From contig KZ538512.1 in the NCBI GenBank assembly GCA_000934665.2, positions 44,812-64,811 on the forward strand: 20,000 bases of DNA, in the 5' to 3' direction. Numbering within the stretch: position 1 is the first letter of the stretch; the number at the start of each line of letters is the position of its first letter. Both the position numbers and the translations under genes were made by a program. The notes under the pieces are model-generated. The model was not told the DNA's origin, made no database searches, and saw only the letters and a list, made by a program, of their open reading frames with translations. Below, piece by piece: positions 11,920-20,000 of this stretch. Source of the DNA: Catajapyx aquilonaris (Eukaryota).

Positions 11920-14179
11920 TCAATCGCTTCTCCTTGTCACTTTGAGCCAAACACCGTCTCTAGCTCGACTTAATGAGGCAGCCAGGGAATATTTCATTGG
12001 AATTTGCGTCTTCTGGGAAGGTTGGAAGCGATAGTGGAGAATGGTGGTCGCTAGTGCAGCTTTGGCTTCCATCAAGGCAAATCTCATACCTGGAAACAAA
12101 ACAAAACAAAACCATGAAATTATTCATAGCTGTGTATCGAATAACTGTACTTCCGATGCACACGTATTCATGTAAATTAATCAGTTCATCTGATATGTTC
12201 AACACATATAAGTAACAAGTGGTGTACTGGAATAAGCTTAGTGGGTACCGGTACTCTACTATGTTGCATTGGATTATGTAGCTTTGGTGAAAAAAATATA
12301 AACATAATGTTAGATATTAATACGTATATTAGATGTCAAGGCGAGAGTTCGTGTAAGAGTTTTTAATATTGATTAACGTACCAACGCAATTTCGTGGCCC
12401 GTGTCCGAATGCCTGGAAGACGTATGGACTTCTTTTGGCCTTTTCTTCTTGGCTGAATCTTTCTGGATCGAACTTAGTCGGGTTGGGGTAGTAACGCTCG
12501 TCTCGGTGTATTGCAAAGGTTGGAAAGGTCACCAGTGTGCCCTTCTTGATGACATGGTCCGTACCTGGGATCTGGTAGTCTTTGGTGCACAGCCGAAAAT
12601 TTCTAAGTGCAGGTGTGTGAAGGCGGAGAGTTTCTGTAAAAGTACAGCGTGAACATGTAATGAGCCACAATACATATCCTCCAATGGAACTTCTTACATT
12701 GTTAGGTTAGCAAGCTGAATTTATCGAATTTTGACAACAACAGGGTTAAGTATGTAGGCCTAATTCCTTACAGCACTTACAATGACTTGTCACTAATAAA
12801 CAAAGAAGTAAATATATCTTGATTGCAGGTCTAAATAATCAATATGTTATTACAGTTTTGTATTGCTATCAGTAGCAGATTTTGTTCAAATTGTTGTTGT
12901 GGTGACATCTACCACGACTTGTATGAAACGTGTATCTCATATAAGTTACCGTGAATGACTTTGTCCAGCAGCTCCATTTCCATGACGGCTTCATAAGTGA
13001 CTTGTCCTTTGTACTTGTCTGTCACATCTTTAACCTCTTCATGTAATCTCTCCTGCAGCTCCGGATTGAGGACCAGCTCATAGGCAGCAAATCCCAGAGT
13101 GTTGGCCGTAGTTTCGTAGCCAGCAATGAAGAATATTATGCACTGGGCAATGACCATTGTCTCATCCAAAACTGAAAATATCAAAACAATTTTGTTGATA
13201 ATGTCACGCGTGCAAGTAAAGTCCGAATATTACCAGCTTTAGAGATGGTTTTGCGTTCTTCTGCAGATTTGAGATCCTTGTTGTAACCAATTAATTTATC
13301 TGACTCCTCATCTTCCTGCAATTCTCCCTTCTTGGCATCCAAAAGCAATTGCAAAAAGTCATTCCCTTTCACTCCGCTCTTCTCGCGCACTGCAATAGTC
13401 TCTTTAGTCACATTTACAAAGAAATTCAATGCATCATCGGCGTTTGGCAGTGGAATCCGTATCGCCCGCAAAATCCTGATAAATCTTGGAGCAAAAAACG
13501 ACAAGAGAGTGACAATGAAGACACTCGGCTTCGGAAACATCAACATGCTCGCCATCTTGGGGAATATTGCGTCATCATCCAGAAACGAATTGCACTTGAC
13601 CCCGAATGCAGAAGCTGCGATCACATCCATCGTGAACCTCCCGTAGGCGTCTTTGACCTCCACTTCCTCTCCCTTGTCGGCAATTCGATCCAAGTACAAC
13701 TTTAATTGTCCACCACTCTCACACACTGATGGAAAGATTCTCTTGATCTTGCCAGAAGTGAAGGTCGGGGTCACTACATTCCTGACGTCCTTCCAGAGCT
13801 GACCCGACAGGTTGCTCATCATCTCGTTCATGTACTTTTTACCAAAACTGATACTGGTTCTGTCCACGAAGTGGTCAAAATCTTTCACAAATATGTTCTT
13901 CATTAATTCGGGGTCAAGAACCATCAGATTAGGTCCAAACACATCGACAACTCCGACATATTTTTTACCGGCTAATTTTTTGTACACCGCCACTCCGGCA
14001 TCGCCATTGGACTTGGTCACAAATATGGCGTGAAAGAAACACTTCCAAAACAGGGTCACTGGCGCTGATGGGAATCCTCTTCTTTGCCAGTAACCACCAC
14101 TCCACACCAGAAATACGGTCACCAATAAGGTCACTCCCACCAGAGGAATTAAAATGATGTAGGCTAACACCCACCACAT
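11920..14179 (-). CDS. Cytochrome P450 copy D, 529 aa; exons 14179-13234, 13171-12950, 12633-12382, 12089-11920
   Basis: ATG at 14179 (MWWVLAY) aligns with the paralog starts; [37 protein letters not shown] introns of 62, 316 and 292 nt; TGA at 11920-11922. Confidence 0.95.
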
Positions 14180-14375
14180 AATGACAATCACGATGCTGCC
14201 TGCTATACAGCTGGATTGCAACTGGCGGGAAAATGGAAAACTAGGGTGCGCAGCAGGTTTTTATCATCTCTTTGTTCACACGCAAGGACATAGATGATGT
14301 AATAGTAACGCAAGGTTACCGGGTTGCAGGTTTCGATTTCGGTCTGAAAATTTTGTACGTATGGCTTCATTCTTC

Positions 14376-14381
14376 TTTATT
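14376..14381 (-). terminator. Putative AATAAA polyadenylation signal of copy E
   Basis: tttatt on the plus strand about 95 nt after the E stop, within the short E-D spacer. Confidence 0.55.
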
Positions 14382-14476
14382 GCTTGAAATATTGACTTGA
14401 TTAATTGAATTTTGGCAAGTTATACTAGTGTACAACTCTCGTACAGTAGATAAAGCATCAGACCATTACAAAAAAA

Positions 14477-16604
14477 TCAGTTGTCTCTCTTCACCACTTT
14501 AAGCCATACCCCATTACTAGCGCGACATAGTGAAGCAGCCAGAGAATATTTCATTGGAATTTGAGTCCTTTCGGAAGGTTCGAAGCGGAAGTGAAGAATG
14601 GTTGTTGCTAATGCAGCTTTGGCTTCCATAAGGGCAAATCTCATACCTGAAAATAGGGGGAAAAATAACCGATTAATTCAATAATATACGGTATCCCTTG
14701 GTGTCAAAAGCTGTATTGAGTAGGAAGTACGGATATTCTCCATAAATTGTACACTATAGCAGAAATGCGGAATATTTTTATGGATTTTAAAAACTAGAAG
14801 CCCAAATGGACAATCGGTTATTTACGTCCAAACTTACCAACGCAATTTCTTGGCCCATGTCCAAATGACTGGAAGAGGTAGGGACTTCTCTTGGCCTTTT
14901 CTTCCTGACTGAATCTCTCGGGATCGAACTTCATCGGGTTAGGGTAATAATCCTCATCGTGATGGACAGCAAATGACGGGAAAATCACCATGGAGCCTTT
15001 CGGGATTACGTCGTCAGTGCCTGGAATCTGATACTCTTTGGTGCATACCCGCATAGTTTTAAAGACAGGGGTGTGGAGGCGAAGTGTTTCTGGAAAATAG
15101 GCAGGTTGACAATATATTTTGGGCTTCACTCCTGGAATTATTAGTCATGGATTTCTTTCTATTGCCTCTTGGAAAAGTTTGCAAACTTGAGAGAAACATT
15201 TAGTCAAATTGGCGTTTAAGTTACTTTAAGAAGTAGAGTATGTCACTGTGCCAAATGAAGGATGGATTTAACCCAGAGGCAGTGGGTACTACTTCAGACC
15301 CTGGAAAAAAACCCACCCAAAATAATTATTCAGCTAGAATGTTGGGGAAGAACCATTTATCATACCGTGAATGACCTTGTCCAGCAATTCCATTTCCATG
15401 ATGGCATCGTACGTGATTTGTCCCTTGTGCTTTTCAACGACCCTCTTAATTTCCTCGTACAACTCTTCTTGAATTTCTGGATGAAGGGCCAACTCGTAGG
15501 TAGCAAATCCGAGTGTGTTGGCCGTGGTTTCATAGCCAGCAAGGAAGAATAATATGCACTGGGCTATAATCAGCGTCTCATTCATAACTGGAAAATGAAA
15601 AGACTTTAAATTACTGCAGCACATTATGTTGATTGCGATTATTATACATTACCAGCTTTGGATAGGGCCCTGCGTTCTTCTGCCGATTCGAGATCCTTGC
15701 TATAACCGATCAATTTATCGGATTCGGCTTCTTCCTGCAATTCTCCTTTCTTTGAATCCAGAAGCATTTGCAAGAAGTCATTCCCTCTAACTCCACTTTT
15801 TTCACGCTGCGCAATTGTCGCTTTTGTTACTTCAGCAAAAAATAAAATGGCATCGTCGGAATTGGGCAATGGAAATCGTATGGCGCGTAAAAAGGTCATT
15901 AATTTGGGAGCGATGAAGTTCAACATCATCACAATGAAGACTATCGGCTTCGGGAACATCATCTTGCTGGCCATTTTTGGGAAAAGTGCTTCTTCATCTC
16001 TAAATGAGTTACACTTGACTCCGAAGGCAGATGCTGCGATCACATCCATCGTGAACCTCCCGAAGGCATCTTTGACCTCTATTTCCTCTCTATTTTCAGC
16101 AAATTTATCAAAATGCCCCTTCAGCTGTTCACCAATTTCATGAACGGACGGAAATACCCTCTTGATCTTGCCAGAAGTGAAGCTCGGGGTCATCACATTC
16201 CTCACATCTTTCCACTGCTGCCCTGTCAGGTTACTTAATGCTTGGTTGAAATACTCATATTTCTTCCCAAAGCTGACTTGGGTTCTGTCTACAAAATGGT
16301 CAAAATCCTTCACGAAAACATTCTTCATTAATTCAGGATCTCTGATCAAAATGCCTGGTCCAAATAAATCCCACACTCCGATATATTTTTTCCCGGCCAA
16401 TTTTTTGTACATGGCTACATCGGCGTCGCCATTGGTCTTGGTGACAAATATGGCGTGGAGGAGACATTTCAAAAACAGAGTAACGGGGGCAGAGGGAAAT
16501 CCTCTCCGTTCCCAGTAACCACCACTCCACACCAGTAATAACGTCACCAGTAAGGTCACTCCCACAAGAGGAATGATAACGAGGTAGGCCAACAACCACC
16601 ACAT
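14477..16604 (-). CDS. Cytochrome P450 copy E, 531 aa; exons 16604-15653, 15587-15366, 15089-14838, 14646-14477
   Basis: Close paralog of copy A with all P450 motifs ([29 protein letters not shown]). GT-AG introns of 65, 276 and 191 nt; TGA at 14477-14479. Confidence 0.95.
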
Positions 16605-16900
16605 GTTGGAGAGACTACACCTTCACTCACTGCGACTTTTGATTGCCAACTGAGCTTGGAGATTAGTGAGCCACAGAGGGTGCTTCTACACGTCCCAGAG
16701 TGCTATTTGTTCTTTCTATCTGCCTGGGGAGATAGGAAAGGCCAAACACACGATGCCCTTGAGTCTTATATTCGAGGACCAGGTGCCTTCACTTCACTTT
16801 AAAATTTGTTGAATATGTATTTTTATTTCAGAACTTACTGATTCATTTTTGTCTGTTTGTATTCTATTCCTACTGCTCTCTGACGTTTCTTCTGACGTTT
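16605..16900 (-). promoter_or_regulatory. Upstream region of copy E with Inr-consensus TCAGTT and duplicated TGACGTTTC
   Basis: TCAGTT on the minus strand at 16648-16653, about 45 nt upstream of the ATG; tandem tctgacgtttc copies at about 16879-16901; aligns with the copy A upstream region. Confidence 0.5.
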
Positions 16901-17302
16901 CCGATGTGTTGGACAACATAGTAGTGATTTTTATGCAAGTTCCATCGATAGCTGTACATAACCAACATAACCAAGTCACCATAACAAAATAATTTCAACT
17001 GCGACATGTGCGCATGATGTGGGCTATTGGTCTGCAATATATCTGTTGATAGTGCACTTACTGTAGAGAGATGACACAACCAAGTGTCACATCAACGCCA
17101 TATGGATGGCATATGACTGCAAAAGTTAGATCATAATTTCATATTGAACGATTCTTTGCTGCTGCACATAGAGTGTTGGAATATTGACGAACGTCGAGTA
17201 GGTGCAATGGGTTGCTATACAACCCACTGCGAAATCACTTCCAATTGATTTATGAGAGTTCAGGTTTGTTACGGATATAATCGTATATTACATTTTACAC
17301 AA

Positions 17303-17397
17303 GCTAGTGGTAGGGGTCATCCTGCGTGTCTGACGGGCCCCAAAGGGCCAGTGCTGCATGGGCCGCCTTGTGTGACGGATGATCACGTACCACCAAC
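17303..17397. repeat. GC-rich imperfect inverted repeat (about 95 bp)
   Basis: GTGGTAGGGGTCATCC pairs with GGATGATCACGTACCAC; an internal GGCCC-CAAA-GGGCC hairpin lies between them. It stands out as a GC-rich island in AT-rich DNA. Confidence 0.6.
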
Positions 17398-17768
17398 TTC
17401 GCCAAGAAAATTCTTATTTGGATAACGACCTCAAAGGTATAATCCGAATGAAAGTTGACATTTTTTCCCAACCTTAATAATATTCGATTCGCACAACTAA
17501 TGTGAGTTGACTAATCTTAATCTAGACAAGTATTGCAGATGGCAAAAACTATTTACAAACAGATTGATTAATTTTTAATTACAATATTTCTTATGAGTTA
17601 AGTGCACCTTGCACAAATATGATGAGTCGTTTACATAATTATATTCAGCGTGGTCCAAAATATTTGTCCGATGCCCATATCTATTTGTCAGAACTGATCT
17701 GTTCATTTTGAAGTAGTTACATTTTTTTTGTAAAGTTACTTTTAATGGTTTTCAGATATATTAGCTCT

Positions 17769-18004
17769 GGGAATTTCCACGCAAACACAGACATATTGTC
17801 CGTTCGTTACTCAGGTTTTGCAGACATGAACTAGTGTATTTCATTGTAACAATACACACACACGTTGCATGAAATGGATTAGTATGCTTACTAATCAATT
17901 TCATGCAATGTGTGTGTGTATTGTTACAATAAAATACGCTAGTACATGTCTGCAAAACCTGCGTAACTAACGGACAATATGTCTGTGTTTGCGTGGAAAT
18001 GCCC
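17769..18004. mobile_element. 236-bp spacerless palindrome, MITE/foldback-like non-autonomous DNA transposon
   Basis: Two 118-bp inverted arms with 9 mismatches and no indels by my count. Termini are GGGAATTTCCACGC and GCGTGGAAATGCCC, centre at 17886/17887. The inverted repeat is certain; the transposon assignment is inference and no clear target-site duplication is seen. Confidence 0.8.
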
Positions 18005-18693
18005 TACTACAGTAATACTAAACGACAGGGTATTACGCGTGATATATGCTAATGACAAAACACACTTTGTGCATAATTATATCAATTCCCCCCATGAAGG
18101 TTTTTAATATTACTACGCGTAATCGAACATCAGCAGCTAATACCTTTGATGACCATTAAAACTAACCACGCTAAAGTGATTGGTAAAATAAGCAGATTAT
18201 TGCCAAAAAGTATTGTCCGCGATTACTCAACTAAAGAAATCAGGAAGATTCAGCAGGCTTTTAGGAATGAAGCAATGCGGGTCGAAAGGACTATACGAGT
18301 ATGTTGAAGGAGTAGGCTACCAACTCGGTAGGTGGCGTAATTTTTTGTGGGATAAGGTCGGATACATTTTTTAAAAATACGCTGGGGAGCTATTACTTTG
18401 CATACATGAGCATTGCATATCAGGAGCTCGCCTTCCATATTTATAATGTTGTCAGTCTTATAATAATAACGACACCCCTAGTGTTTAATAATCACATTGT
18501 GGATATTGTTGATTTATTTTTACCCAAAGATACCGGGTATCAGTAAAATTCTAAGAACGAATATATGTATTCCATTTGCTTATATAATTATTCCTTAATA
18601 TGCCTTGGTACTTAACAATGTAAACTCAATTTATTATTAGAACAGAGGTTTCTAACATTCAAGTACAAAATTCACGAGGATTTTACCAAATCA

Positions 18694-19909
18694 TTACTTA
18701 TTTCTTTTAACAACTTTGAGCCAGACCCCATTACTGGCTCGACTGAGAACGGCAGCCAGAGAATATTTCATTGGAATTTGAGTTCTTTTGGAAGGTTCGA
18801 AGCGGAAGTGAAGAATGGTTGTTGCTAATGCAGCTTTGGCTTCCATCAAGGCAAATCGCATACCTGGAAATATGAAGAAATAACAATCATATTAATTGCA
18901 TTATACTGCATATCGCTTGAGTATCATAACCTCTACTGGGTAGGATATAGGGATATTCCCCATTAACGGTACACTGTAGCAGAAACACGACATATAAGTT
19001 ACGTTGAGATAATAATTATTAAAAGCAGTTGTTGCTCAGGTTAAGCATTTATCGGTTAGGTTCTTACCAACGCAACTTCTTGGCCCGTGCCCAAATGACT
19101 GGAAGAAGTAAGGACTTCTCTTGGCCTTTTCTTCTGGACTGAACCTCCCGGGATCGAACTTCATCGGGTTAGGAAAATAAGTCTCGTCGCGATGGATGGC
19201 AAATGAAGGGAAAATCACCATGGAACCTTTCGGAATAACGTCGTCAGTGCCTGGGATCTGGTAGTCTTTGGTGCACGTCCGCATAAGTTTAAAGAGAGGG
19301 GTGTGCAGGCGAAGTGTTTCTGGAAAAAGAGGCAGGTAGACTATTTCAGGTCTCACGGGCCAGTGCAATCAATGTCTATTTAGTAAAATGTAATAGCCTA
19401 AGACGAATAACTTAACTTGGTGCTACCACAGGTATAGGAAAATAATCACACAATTATTCAGTTAGAATGCTGGGGAAGAACAATCCCTCATACCGTGAAT
19501 GACCTTGTCCAGCAATTCCATTTCCATGATGGCGTTGTAGGTGATTTGTCCCTGGTGCTTGTCAACCGCCATTTTAATCTCATGGTACAATTCTTCCTGA
19601 ATATTTGGATGGAGGGCCAACTCGTAAGTGGCAAATCCAAGGGTGTTGGCAGTGGTCTCGTAACCAGCAACGAAGAATGTCATACACTGGGCAATGAGAA
19701 GTGTCTCATTCAAAACTAAAAAGATTAAACCGTTTGTAATACAGTAGCAATTGCATTAACTTATGTTGATAATTGTGATTAGTTATACATTACCAGCTTT
19801 GGATAGGGACCTGCGTTCTTCTGCAGATTTGAGATCCGTGCTGTAACCAATCAGTTTATCGGATTCTGCTTCTTCCTGCAATTCTCCTTTCTTGGCATCC
19901 AATAACAAT
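18694..19909 (-). pseudogene. Cytochrome P450 copy F, exon 1 interrupted (probable pseudogene); exon 1 3' part 19909-19794, exons 19715-19494, 19319-19068, 18863-18694
   Basis: Exons 2-4 are open with intact splice sites (AGYETT, ETLR, FGHGPRSCVG|MRFA). Homology to exon 1 stops abruptly at 19909 (LLLDAKKG), with an in-frame TAG at 19957-19959 upstream and no convincing splice acceptor at the junction. PERF is changed to PGRF. Confidence 0.75.
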
Positions 19910-20000
19910 GGGGAACTAGCCTTGGTCTGGGATTTGGGATTTTTGTTCATAACTAGCTAGCCCATGCCCGTAAACATACATTCCATCACTCTGTTGCATC
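19910..20000. mobile_element. Foreign sequence interrupting exon 1 of copy F (possible transposon end or rearrangement breakpoint)
   Basis: Sharp junction aataacaat|GGGGAACTAGCC where copy D continues aaaagcaat|tgcaaaaag. The other end lies outside the window. Confidence 0.45.

Noticed and set aside
14180..14221. N-terminal extension MQSSCIAG... of copy D in the ORF track
   Set aside because: It begins at a non-ATG codon (TTG); the ATG at 14179 aligns with all paralog starts.
2661..16518. Recurrent, mutually similar plus-strand ORFs opposite the P450 exons (for example ...[10 protein letters not shown])
   Set aside because: These are antisense shadows of duplicated coding exons; their starts and stops are not conserved between copies.
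17303..17397. SECIS element or hammerhead ribozyme
   Set aside because: The TGA-to-AAA spacing does not fit a SECIS, no in-frame TGA gene is adjacent, and the hammerhead core CUGANGA/GAAA is absent.

Overview
This is eukaryotic, most likely arthropod, genomic DNA carrying a head-to-tail tandem cluster of microsomal cytochrome P450 genes of the CYP3 clan (CYP6/CYP9-like), all on the minus strand. Five copies look intact (my labels A-E, 528-537 aa). Each has four coding exons, three phase-1 GT-AG introns, and internal exons of exactly 222 and 252 nt. A sixth copy (F) at the right edge has exon 1 cut by foreign sequence and a PERF->PGRF change. An orphan, decayed last-exon relic lies at the left edge. 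Intergenic DNA holds a tRNA-derived SINE-like element with an (ATT)n tail and target-site duplication, a 236-bp spacerless palindrome (MITE-like), and smaller decayed hairpins. I see no clearly novel biological system. The main interest is birth-and-death evolution, mosaicism and active-site diversification of the P450 array, plus the repeat elements. All coordinates were derived by eye.
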